Translations under genes and position numbers: made by a program
Shown: positions 29,344 to 38,121 of the stretch, piece after piece
Layout of the letters: every line of letters starts with the position of its first letter
Position numbering within the stretch: position 1 is the stretch's first letter
The notes under the pieces: model-generated
The model's input: the letters and a program-made list of their open reading frames with translations, nothing else
Told to the model about the DNA's origin: nothing
Databases searched by the model: none
Assembly: GCA_965248265.1 (NCBI GenBank)
Contig: CBDFJF010000002.1
Coordinates: 3,744,001 to 3,808,000 of the forward strand
Length of the DNA: 64,000 bases
DNA from: Candidatus Latescibacterota bacterium
GTDB taxonomy: Bacteria; Latescibacterota; UBA2968; UBA8231
Reading direction: 5' to 3'

Positions 29344-30285
29344 TTAGGACGCCAGGCCGTCAACGCTGAAATAGCGAAAACCGGTATCGCAGAGAACAGT
29401 CACCAAACACGCATCGGCGGCCAAGGCCTCACCGATCCTCAGTGAGGCCACCATGTTCGCCCCGGACGAAGGGCCCAGCAACAGACCTTCCTCACGAGCG
29501 AGTCGCCGTGTGCATTCGAAGGCTTCCTCGTCTTCGACCGTCACGATCTCATCGATCACCTCAGTCTCCAACACCTCAGGAACGAAGCCAGCACCGATGC
29601 CCTGGATGCCGTGCAACCCGGGCTCACCTCCTGACAGCACCGGCGAGCGCGCCGGCTCCACCGCGACGATGCGAATACCGGTCACTTCCTGCTTGAGCAC
29701 GCCACCCACGCCCGTGATGGTACCTCCTGTACCCACACCCGCGACAAAGGCGTCGACTCGTCCGTCCGTCGCCTGGAGGATTTCGCGAGCCGTCGTTTCT
29801 CGATGGACCTGAGGATTGGAAGTATTGCGAAATTGCTGTGGCATGAAGGTGCCCGCCGGATCCGCGTCCTTGATCTGCTGTGCCTGGCTGATCGCCCCCG
29901 CCATGTCATCGACTCCCGGGGTCAGGATGATGCGGGCACCATAGGCCGCCATCACTGAAATGCGCTCGGCGCTCATGCTGTCTGGCATCGTCAGCACCAG
30001 CTCATAACCGAGCGCGGCGGCGGCCATGGCCAGCGCGATGCCTGTATTGCCGCTGGTTGGCTCGACGATGACCATGCCGGGCTTGAGCGCACCCATGCTC
30101 TCGGCGGAGCGGATCATGCTGATGCCGACCCGGTCCTTGACGCTACCCGCGGGGTTGAGCGCCTCCAGCTTACCCAGAATCGAACACCCGCTGGCTGGCA
30201 GCATCCGCGTAAAACGCACCATCGGCGTATGGCCGATGGTACCCAGAATCGAATCGACGGTCAGTGAATGCTGGGCCTCCGTCAA
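29344..30285 (-). CDS. cysK: Cysteine synthase A
   Basis: NPAGSVKDR, EPTSGNTG, GVGTGGT, HGIQGIGAGF; 4-bp overlap with the wza stop. Confidence 0.95.
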   Translation of the reverse strand: MTEAQHSLTVDSILGTIGHTPMVRFTRMLPASGCSILGKLEALNPAGSVKDRVGISMIRSAESMGALKPGMVIVEPTSGNTGIALAMAAAALGYELVLTMPDSMSAERISVMAAYGARIILTPGVDDMAGAISQAQQIKDADPAGTFMPQQFRNTSNPQVHRETTAREILQATDGRVDAFVAGVGTGGTITGVGGVLKQEVTGIRIVAVEPARSPVLSGGEPGLHGIQGIGAGFVPEVLETEVIDEIVTVEDEEAFECTRRLAREEGLLLGPSSGANMVASLRIGEALAADACLVTVLCDTGFRYFSVDGLAS

Positions 30286-31445
30286 TCGGACCCTCCGTCA
30301 GCGTCCCCATCTTCTGACGAACCCTCCTCCGTCGTTTTTCCAGCTGTCCCTGGAAGAGTGCGAATGAAGTCGCCCGATCCCGTCGCTTCGCCGGTATCCA
30401 GGCGCAGACCACCACCTGTCGTGTAGAGATCCCGGTAGGTCGCCGGCAGCAACAGTATGCCCAGCAGGGGCTCGATCTTGGTGATCACATCGTTGACGTC
30501 TCCGATGAAGCTGCGCGGCACGTATACGATATCGTCGTTCCGCAGGGCGATATTCTGTTCGAAGTCGCCGCGTCCGACCAGTCTGGCCAGATCCATTCGG
30601 TACATCTTGGTCACGCCGTCATCCACGCGTATCAGCCGCACGTCATCCCGCAGGGCGTTCGGCGTCAATCCCCCTGCCTGACTGACGGCCTCGAGAATAC
30701 GCGCATTCTCCGGAAACATGTAGACGTTGGGCCGCTCCACCTCGCCCAGTATCACCACCTTCTTGCTGCGCAGATTCGTGCCGCGCACGATGAGGATGTC
30801 ATCGCCCTGGAGAACGACGTTGTGTTCTTTGTTTCCCGTGTTCAGGACCTTTTGGATGTCCAATTCATACGTGCGGCCTCCGCGTATCAGCTGGACCTCG
30901 TTCAGCTGGGCCTCGGGACTGCTACCTCCAGCCACAAGAATCAAATCGAGAACGGTCGTCTTCGTCTTGAGCGAATAGCGTCCCTGACCGGACTGCTTCA
31001 CACCACGATCCAAGGTCTGAACCGCGCCCAGCAAGGAGACGATCTTGCTTTTGTGCTCGAGGACGTCCACGTCGATTTTTGGATTCCGCAGAAAACGACT
31101 CAACTCACGGCTCAGCAGATCGTCCAGTTCCGTTGGTGTCAGACCGGCTGCTTGAACGTTCTCGACCAATCCAAAAGAGACATTGCCGTCTGGACGAACA
31201 GTCACGGTTTCACTGGTCACGTCTATGTCGCGGAGCGTAATCTCCAATTCATCTCCCGGGCCCATGACGTATTCGGGAAAACCGGAGCGCTCTGTATAGG
31301 ATTGTCGTTGCGGATCTTCCGGTGGAGTCTCAAAGAGTCTCGGCACCGTCGGCGGCGGCGCCTGTGCTGTGGTCACCGACGGCAATGACGAGCCACAGGC
31401 ACTGAGGAACAGTCCGATTGCCGCTACAATAGTCGAATGCCACAT
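30282..31445 (-). CDS. wza: Polysaccharide export lipoprotein (Wza/OPX; Poly_export + 2 SLBB)
   Basis: Lipobox FLSA-C; YVMGPGDEL, VRPDGNVS, AAGLTPTEL, ILGEVERP, DIVYVP; start reassigned to ATG 31445. Confidence 0.88.
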   Translation of the reverse strand: MWHSTIVAAIGLFLSACGSSLPSVTTAQAPPPTVPRLFETPPEDPQRQSYTERSGFPEYVMGPGDELEITLRDIDVTSETVTVRPDGNVSFGLVENVQAAGLTPTELDDLLSRELSRFLRNPKIDVDVLEHKSKIVSLLGAVQTLDRGVKQSGQGRYSLKTKTTVLDLILVAGGSSPEAQLNEVQLIRGGRTYELDIQKVLNTGNKEHNVVLQGDDILIVRGTNLRSKKVVILGEVERPNVYMFPENARILEAVSQAGGLTPNALRDDVRLIRVDDGVTKMYRMDLARLVGRGDFEQNIALRNDDIVYVPRSFIGDVNDVITKIEPLLGILLLPATYRDLYTTGGGLRLDTGEATGSGDFIRTLPGTAGKTTEEGSSEDGDADGGSD

Positions 31446-31464
31446 AGGTCTCACGTTGGGTGCA

Positions 31465-32562
31465 TTAACCTGACTTTGCCAGCATGCCCAGCTGCCGAGA
31501 ACCGCGCAGCAGCAGCTGAAGAGCCCGCAGTCCGTAAGCCAAAGGTATGAGTACACGGGGAATGCGGGGGAAAACCTGCATCAGGACGTCCGGTCTGGGA
31601 AACAGAAACTCCCAGAGGAACGACGCCTTGGCCGCCATGCCATCGCAACTGAACGACCAGAGGATTTCACCCCACTCCGATTCGGGCCGGGTGGCTGACA
31701 GACGCCCAAGCAGGAAGCTCTCCGCCAACCCAAGCCTCGGAAGATCAGCCGTTGTCGGCGCTCCAGACACGGGGTGCGACAGGTGGTCCTCGAGGTAATG
31801 AAGGCAATAGTGAATGGACTTCGTCGAGTTGCACTGCAATGCCTTACGCTCGACCGCCTGCCAGTCGGGCCGGGCTTTCATGAGCAGGTGAAAATCGACA
31901 AACCAGGTGAGTCGCCGAAAGCTGTGCCGCAGGGAATGCAGGGCTGTGTAGAGGATCGCCTCTTCCACACCCAATACCAGGGCAGTGAATCCCGGCGCCG
32001 AGTGCATCCGGGCATTCTGCCAGACCTCACTCATGTCCATGCGTACGGCATTACTGCGCGCCTGAATACGGTCTCCGTTGACCAGATCAGTGTGAAGATC
32101 CAGCGTCAAACCATCCCCCGTGAACAGCCCGTCATGTCGCTGAGCCGACTCAAACCCGTGCGCGCACAGGAGGGAGCAAACCGCCTCCAGTTGCCCGGAC
32201 CGAACAAGCAGGTCGATGTCGTCCATCGGGCGGCATCCCTCATCCGGGTAGAGAGGCAACAGCGAAGCACCGGGAAGGAGCAGGAGATCCAGGCCATTCG
32301 AGGTGGCAGCCTCGAGCAGCCCTTGAAGCGTCGCCAGAGCCCTGCAATTGCGCTCGGCCACACGCCGATAGGACCGCTGAAGCTGTGGCAGGTATCGTGA
32401 GGGGATCTCAGTATCTGCCTCCAGGCACCGACAATAGAGCAACCCCTCAAGACCCTCGAATCGAGCCAGATCGACGAGGCTCGCCCAGGTCTGAGGATCG
32501 GCATGTGCCAGTTCTGCCGGGTACCCGGATGTACTTCGCAACAACAGGTCCGACACTGTCAT
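31465..32562 (-). CDS. Nucleotidyltransferase (NTP_transf_5-like)
   Basis: LLLPGASL..LYPDEGCRPMDDIDLLV, LDLHTDL, HSLRHSF..LTWFVDF. Confidence 0.8.
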   Translation of the reverse strand: MTVSDLLLRSTSGYPAELAHADPQTWASLVDLARFEGLEGLLYCRCLEADTEIPSRYLPQLQRSYRRVAERNCRALATLQGLLEAATSNGLDLLLLPGASLLPLYPDEGCRPMDDIDLLVRSGQLEAVCSLLCAHGFESAQRHDGLFTGDGLTLDLHTDLVNGDRIQARSNAVRMDMSEVWQNARMHSAPGFTALVLGVEEAILYTALHSLRHSFRRLTWFVDFHLLMKARPDWQAVERKALQCNSTKSIHYCLHYLEDHLSHPVSGAPTTADLPRLGLAESFLLGRLSATRPESEWGEILWSFSCDGMAAKASFLWEFLFPRPDVLMQVFPRIPRVLIPLAYGLRALQLLLRGSRQLGMLAKSG

Positions 32563-32885
32563 GAAGGTTGTATCTCACCGGCGGCCGGTGTCACCAGCAG
32601 ACCACCGTCACTCAGGCGTTGCAGGGTCTCCTCGACGTCAGCTAGAACCGTCTGCTCATCGATTGAATAGCTTCCCATCAACTCCTCAACCATCGCTCCA
32701 ATCTCAGCACCTCGCTGACAGCCACGCCATACCAGCGCCGCAGTCTGGTTGAGGTGATGGACCTGCTTGCTGGTGCTGTCGTAGATCAACCCCCCATCCG
32801 CGAGTTCACGGTACAACACATCGGTTCGTGCCCGCGGGCACTCCCCTGCTTCAGCAGAGTTAGTGGCGTTCGCAGCCTTTGACAT
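32559..32885 (-). CDS. PqqD-family / RiPP recognition element (RRE) protein
   Basis: DGGLIYD...VHHLNQTAALVWRGC...YSID...ADVEETLQRL..GLL; 4-bp overlap with the NTase start. Confidence 0.85.
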   Translation of the reverse strand: MSKAANATNSAEAGECPRARTDVLYRELADGGLIYDSTSKQVHHLNQTAALVWRGCQRGAEIGAMVEELMGSYSIDEQTVLADVEETLQRLSDGGLLVTPAAGEIQPS

Positions 32886-32907
32886 TGGATAACCTCTCGT
32901 CTCGCCC

Positions 32908-33468
32908 TCAACCTCGCATACTGTGAATCATGCGGGCATCGTTGAGCTCATGCTCCGCTTCCTCCATCAACTTGCTCAACTCGGCGCGCCTGGCGGCCAG
33001 CTGACTTTGATCGAGGTTGGTGCGATTCAGTTCTTCACACAGCTCCTCGACGATGCCGCGACTCATTCGATTGAACAGTTCCTGTTCCCTGTCGAAAAGC
33101 GCCACGAACACGGCTTGTGGGATGCGCAGAGCAAGCCCCGCAGTGGTACTGATCACCTGTTCATCATGTGGATCGCCCGTCAACACCGAGCGCTCACCGA
33201 CCGCGGCCACGGGGTCGATGGTACTGACTTCGATGCCGTCGCGTCGCACGGAAAGAGCACCCTTCATGAGCACGAAAAGACCGGCGGCCTCATCCCCCTG
33301 TTCGAACAACGTCTGGTCCGCTGTCAACGGCAGCGGTTTGACCGCTTTCCGCATGACTTGCATGTGCTTGGTCGACAGCTTGGAGAAGGCTGCTACCTGC
33401 TGCAAAGTCCCAATCAGGGCTTTTTCCTGGGCCTTCGCTGTAACCGAACTCTGATTTGTATCCGTCAT
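32908..33468 (-). CDS. Cyclic-nucleotide-binding domain protein with C-terminal coiled coil (no HTH)
   Basis: [21 protein letters not shown]...VGERSVL; ATGA overlap with the yyaL stop. Confidence 0.8.
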   Translation of the reverse strand: MTDTNQSSVTAKAQEKALIGTLQQVAAFSKLSTKHMQVMRKAVKPLPLTADQTLFEQGDEAAGLFVLMKGALSVRRDGIEVSTIDPVAAVGERSVLTGDPHDEQVISTTAGLALRIPQAVFVALFDREQELFNRMSRGIVEELCEELNRTNLDQSQLAARRAELSKLMEEAEHELNDARMIHSMRG

Positions 33469-35618
33469 ATTGGCATTGCATTTCCTGACCCCGACACCTC
33501 GAGACTCGCTCTCAGCTCGACCGGGTCGTTTACGGGTGCGAGACAGACCGAATCGCGGCACACGAAAGCTGCGGCCTGCTCTCGCGCGTATTCCAACCTG
33601 CCCTGCAACAGTGGCACCAACTCGCTGGCCTCTTCGGCGGGCCACGCTGACGCGCCAGACCAACGCTCAGCACTCCGAGGTTCCCAGCCTGCGACTACCT
33701 TGTTCGGCAAGAACGTTCTGTGTAGCTCGTGGTACAGGGGCTGGCGATCGGTCAATGAACCAACGACGACAATCTCGAGCTTCTCATCGTCATGATGATC
33801 AAGAGCGGCCGCCATCTGACAACAGGCGGAAGGTGACTGCCGCAACAGCTCGCTGAACAGCAGCAACGTGCTCTCGGCCAGCTTCCGGTATCGGGCTTTT
33901 TCAGTCAGGGCTGCGAGCCGGACCAGGACCAGGGCGGCGACGGAATTACCCGAAGGGGTGGCGTTATCGAAGGGATTCCTGGTGCGCACGATGACGTCGC
34001 CGGCGTCAGCTTCGGTATAGAAAAAACCACCATCCTCCGCATCCCAAAACAACTCCACCATGACCTCCGTCAGCTCGAGAGCAGCTTCCAACCATTGCGG
34101 GTCGAAGGTGGCCTCGAACAGGTCGATGAGGCCGTTGGCCATACAGGCATAATCATCCTGGTAACCCCGAATACCAGCAGGTCCGGCGTCAGCCTTCCAG
34201 GCATGCATCAGCGTCTTGTCGTCGTACATGTGCTCAAGGACGAACAGAGCGGCTGCACTGGCCGACTCGATGTAGACGGAAATACCCAGCACGCTGGAGG
34301 CCCGCGCCATGGAGCTGATCATGAGTCCATTCCACGCGACCAGGATCTTCTCGTCCCGCCCGGGGTGCACTCTGGATTCGCGCATCTTGAACAGCTTCTC
34401 TTTCCCTTCGGCGACAGCGCGCGCCAGCTCCGTCTCGTCGATACCCAGCGATCTGGCCAGTTCGGGAATGGGAACATCCACGTGAAGAATGCTGGTCCCA
34501 CCCTCGAAATTACCGTCCTCCGTCACATCGAAATATTGGCACAGCAGCTGCGAGCGTTCGCGCCCGAGCACCTCTTCGAATTCCTGGAGTTTCCAGACAA
34601 AAAACTTGCCCTCTTCCCCTTCGCTGTCCGCATCCTGGGTTGAGTAATATCCGCCGTGCGGACTCGTCATCTCACGCATCACGTAACCGAGTGTGGCCTC
34701 TACGACATCGCCATACAGCTTGGTCTCGCCGGTCACTTGAAACGCTTCCAGATATACCCACACCAGCAGTGCGTTGTCGTAGAGCATCTTCTCGAAGTGT
34801 GGCACCAACCAGCGTTCGTCAACGGAATAGCGGTGAAAACCACCTCCCAGGTGATCGAACATTCCACCACGCGCCATGCTCGTGAGGGTGTGCTCGGCCA
34901 TCTCCAGCAACTGGACATCGCCGCTATGCCGGTACTGCCGCAACAGCACGGACAGGTTCATGCTGCCGGGAAACTTCGGCCCCGTGGAGGCAAACCCTCC
35001 GTGACGGGAGTCGTATGAGCCCTTGAGTTGGTCGGTGATACTGGCCAACACCTCGGCGGCGGGCGGCAGGGCCGTTGCCTCACCTTGAGCCGACAGCAAC
35101 TGTGCGTTCTGTTGCAGGAAATCCAACAACCGCCCAGCCTGTTCATCCACATTGTCACGTCGCGACCTGAAGAGTTCACTCACAGCCTTCAACACGGTCG
35201 GAAACCCGGGATGACCCTGCCGGTCTTCCGGCGGGTAGTAGGTTCCTCCGTAGAAAGGCTGCAGATCCGGCGTGAGAAAAACTGTCATCGGCCAACCGCC
35301 ACTGCCACTCATGGCCTGGACCGCCATCATGTAGATCTCGTCGAGATCCGGACGCTCCTCCCTGTCGACCTTGATGTTCACGAAGTGCTCGTTCATGGTC
35401 GCGGCTATTGCCGGGTTCTCGAACGACTCACGCTCCATCACATGGCACCAATGACAGGCGGAGTACCCGACCGACAGCAGGATGGGGCGATCCTCCCGGC
35501 GCGCGCGCTCCAGGGCCTCCTCGCCCCACGGGTACCAGTCGACTGGATTATGGGCATGCTGCAGCAGGTACGGACTGACCTGTGAAATCAGCCTGTTGCT
35601 TTGGGCAGTAGCGTCCAT
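33465..35618 (-). CDS. yyaL: Thioredoxin-domain (alpha/alpha)6 protein, YyaL/SSP411/SPATA20 family
   Basis: [64 protein letters not shown]. Confidence 0.93.
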   Translation of the reverse strand: MDATAQSNRLISQVSPYLLQHAHNPVDWYPWGEEALERARREDRPILLSVGYSACHWCHVMERESFENPAIAATMNEHFVNIKVDREERPDLDEIYMMAVQAMSGSGGWPMTVFLTPDLQPFYGGTYYPPEDRQGHPGFPTVLKAVSELFRSRRDNVDEQAGRLLDFLQQNAQLLSAQGEATALPPAAEVLASITDQLKGSYDSRHGGFASTGPKFPGSMNLSVLLRQYRHSGDVQLLEMAEHTLTSMARGGMFDHLGGGFHRYSVDERWLVPHFEKMLYDNALLVWVYLEAFQVTGETKLYGDVVEATLGYVMREMTSPHGGYYSTQDADSEGEEGKFFVWKLQEFEEVLGRERSQLLCQYFDVTEDGNFEGGTSILHVDVPIPELARSLGIDETELARAVAEGKEKLFKMRESRVHPGRDEKILVAWNGLMISSMARASSVLGISVYIESASAAALFVLEHMYDDKTLMHAWKADAGPAGIRGYQDDYACMANGLIDLFEATFDPQWLEAALELTEVMVELFWDAEDGGFFYTEADAGDVIVRTRNPFDNATPSGNSVAALVLVRLAALTEKARYRKLAESTLLLFSELLRQSPSACCQMAAALDHHDDEKLEIVVVGSLTDRQPLYHELHRTFLPNKVVAGWEPRSAERWSGASAWPAEEASELVPLLQGRLEYAREQAAAFVCRDSVCLAPVNDPVELRASLEVSGSGNAMPI

Positions 35619-35799
35619 AGGTGAGAGCATGCCAGAATCGAAAACAGGATGGTTGAGGCCGGATGTAGCCCTCTCCATCGATGCGGGTGATCGTCGTAAC
35701 CGATTGTAACAGCTGGAATTGTCAAGCAAATGTAATCAAGGTGACGACGACCGACAAACTCGGCGGCGGGGTTCGAAAAGCCGGTTCACAGGCTCTGCC

Positions 35800-37362
35800 T
35801 CAGTCAGAAAGTGTTTTCGACCATCCCGCGAGATAGGCTTCCAGATCCGAGCGAATTCTCTGAAAGTTGCTCCACGCCCGCTCCCGCAGCGCCGGCCGTC
35901 GAACGCCCTGGCGGTGAAGTGGCCATACAGCCGCGCGATAGCGCTCCTCGATAATGGTTTGCTCCTGCACGGGAATCAGCGGAATCCGCAACGAGCGGAT
36001 CTCAGTAAAGTTGATATTGGGGGTACCAACTCCATTGATCAGACTGCGGATCTGCGCCCAACCCGGCTCGCTACGCAGCAGCATCCATACATAGAATGGA
36101 TTGACGTCCCGGAGGCGGATCAAGTCAACGAAGCAGCCGACGTTGGCGGAGCGCGCGTTCATGTACACGGCCATCCTGTTGCGCCCCAATGACCCGACTC
36201 CAGAACGCGGCAGCAGTAGATCACCGGTGCGCACTCTGCTGCGCATTGGGTCGTGCCTTGAGCCCGGGTTTACCCGCAAAACCTTGCTCAAGCACAGACC
36301 GGTCTCCGAGAAATCAGCCTGCCGTATGACCGGAATGCCCGCAACGACATGCTCAGGAGGAGGCTCGCCGGTTACGATCGGTCCGTAGGTAAGGTGGTGA
36401 ATGAAGTCTCCGAGCGCGGCCTCCGGGAAACGACTTACGGATGAGAGCGTCTTCGACACGACTCCGCGCCAATAGGTAACATCCCATCGTCTCCCCGCCA
36501 GTTCCCTTGCGGGCACCTGCAGGGTATCACCGTTGGCCACATCGGTCCGTTTTCTCGCCTGCATGGCCACAGCGCGAGTGAGCCTTGAGATCTCCGCGTC
36601 TTGCTCACTCTGTCCTTTGTTCATCGAAGGATCAGCATCGCGGCCAGCCATGAAAACATGCGACTTGCCACTGTCTTCATCTCCGCCAACAAACCGTTTG
36701 CGCACGACGACGACACTGGTCAAGGCACTCAGACCTGGGCGACGGAAGGTTCGTTCCGGCAAACCGACGACGGCTTGAAGTTCAGCGCGCTCGAGAACCC
36801 AGTTCCTGACTGACTGGTAACGCACATTAGCGAGAAATCCCTCTGGCAGGATCAATGCGATCACGCCTCCCTCGCGTACCAGTTCCAAGGCACGCTCGAG
36901 GAACAGATGCTCGATCCGCAATTTACTGACAGGCCTTCGCTGGCTGGCTCCAGGCATGGTTCCGATACTGAACTTGGATCCCCTCAAACGCTCCAGACGC
37001 TTGAGTGCCAGAGGCGGCAGCACACGAGCCACCGTTCCGAATGGCGGATTTCCGATGACCAGATCGAAGCTGCCGGCGCGTACGCCCGGGAATGCCCCAC
37101 AGAGACCGTCTCCTGTGCGAAACGCCGAATCCCTCTCCGCCATTCCGGTTGGCTTGAGACGAGAATCGAGTTCGATACCATAGGCACCGCCCGGCTCCAA
37201 CCAACCGTTTGACAAGCCGACATCCAGAAACACGCCCTGGCCTGCCGCCGGATCGATTGCCCTGACAACCCGCTCGCAGCCCAGAATGGCGAGGGAGAGC
37301 TTCCAGGTGAACTCGGCAACCGCCGGTGGAGTGAAGTACTGTGCCAGTTTCTCCTGCTGCAT
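35800..37362 (-). CDS. N6-adenine DNA methyltransferase fused to one type-I-like target recognition domain
   Basis: AQYFTP, DPAAGQGVFL (motif I), IGNPPF (motif IV), LFLERAL..ILPEGFL; C-terminal HsdS-like GDLLLPRSG..GR...PFY...GTPNIN...IPLIPVQEQ; alternative start at 37446. Confidence 0.85.
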   Translation of the reverse strand: MQQEKLAQYFTPPAVAEFTWKLSLAILGCERVVRAIDPAAGQGVFLDVGLSNGWLEPGGAYGIELDSRLKPTGMAERDSAFRTGDGLCGAFPGVRAGSFDLVIGNPPFGTVARVLPPLALKRLERLRGSKFSIGTMPGASQRRPVSKLRIEHLFLERALELVREGGVIALILPEGFLANVRYQSVRNWVLERAELQAVVGLPERTFRRPGLSALTSVVVVRKRFVGGDEDSGKSHVFMAGRDADPSMNKGQSEQDAEISRLTRAVAMQARKRTDVANGDTLQVPARELAGRRWDVTYWRGVVSKTLSSVSRFPEAALGDFIHHLTYGPIVTGEPPPEHVVAGIPVIRQADFSETGLCLSKVLRVNPGSRHDPMRSRVRTGDLLLPRSGVGSLGRNRMAVYMNARSANVGCFVDLIRLRDVNPFYVWMLLRSEPGWAQIRSLINGVGTPNINFTEIRSLRIPLIPVQEQTIIEERYRAAVWPLHRQGVRRPALRERAWSNFQRIRSDLEAYLAGWSKTLSD

Positions 37363-37389
37363 GTGTGTGTGTTTTATGTGTGTGTGTTT
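37361..37389. repeat. Duplicated (GT)5-containing ~15-bp unit at the methyltransferase start
   Basis: atgtgtgtgtgtttt atgtgtgtgtgtttc. Confidence 0.8.
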
Positions 37390-37496
37390 CTTCCTACACC
37401 TCTGACACCATTTCTGCCCGGATTCGGTTGAGGCGTAGAATTTCATAAAGCTTTGTTCGCGTTGTAAGACAATGAGTTACGCGAACTAATGCGTCC

Positions 37497-37512
37497 TGGA
37501 ACGAAACCTGCA
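37497..37512 (+). promoter_or_regulatory. Putative sigma54 (-24/-12) promoter upstream of ssb
   Basis: TGGAACGAAACCTGCA (GG-N10-GC); perfect 8-bp inverted repeat GTTCGCGT/ACGCGAAC at 37455-37486 just upstream. Confidence 0.5.
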
Positions 37513-37637
37513 TTGGACAGCGTGCAGTGCTCGGACAGCCCGGACGTCGGACCTGGACGGCCTGCTGTGAGCGATAGACTATGCCGCCTATGTCATTGTC
37601 TGTCAATCATATATACGATAGCCACATGGAGGGTACC

Positions 37638-38063
37638 ATGTCCAATCTACGCTTGCCCAATATCAACCAGGTCATCGTCGCCGGCCGCCTGGTGCAGGAT
37701 CCGGAATTCACTATCACGGACAACGGAACAGCTCGTTTGAGCACCCGCGTCGCCATCAATCGTCCCTATCGAGACAGCGACGGCGACTGGCACCAGGAAA
37801 CCTCCTTCGTCAATGTTATGGCCTGGAGGCAGCTGGCTGAGTTCGCCTCTGAGCGCCTTCACCGCGGCAGTCCGGTGCTTGTAAGCGGCCGGCTTCATAG
37901 CTTCAGCTGGCGAGACAGTGAGGAAAACCCACACTCGTTGCTCGAGATTCAAGCCCGTAGCCTCCAGGTGCTGGAGCGAGCTACTTCATCGTCTGAGGCA
38001 GAAGAAACCATCATTGAACAGGAAGGAGACGAAGAAGAGGACTTCGCTCTGGAAGCAGCCTGA
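37638..38063 (+). CDS. ssb: Single-stranded DNA-binding protein
   Basis: INQVIVAGRLVQDPE, VAINR, WRQLAE, GSPVLVSGRL; GGAGG RBS; acidic tail without DIPF. Confidence 0.9.
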   Translation: MSNLRLPNINQVIVAGRLVQDPEFTITDNGTARLSTRVAINRPYRDSDGDWHQETSFVNVMAWRQLAEFASERLHRGSPVLVSGRLHSFSWRDSEENPHSLLEIQARSLQVLERATSSSEAEETIIEQEGDEEEDFALEAA

Positions 38064-38121
38064 AAAACCCGGTCGGCCGTGGCGGCGGCGCCCTGCTGTC
38101 GCCAGCGGTCCGACTAAGCCC

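Noticed and set aside
31465-32885. Lasso peptide or PQQ biosynthetic cluster
   Set aside because: No cyclase, B2 peptidase, kinase, PqqB/C/E or precursor in the window; reported as an orphan RRE/NTase module instead.
35690-35740. CRP-like operator upstream of the yyaL operon
   Set aside because: GTAAC direct repeats and an extended -10-like TGTTACAAT are present, but there is no TGTGA-N6-TCACA and the operon's cNMP protein lacks an HTH.
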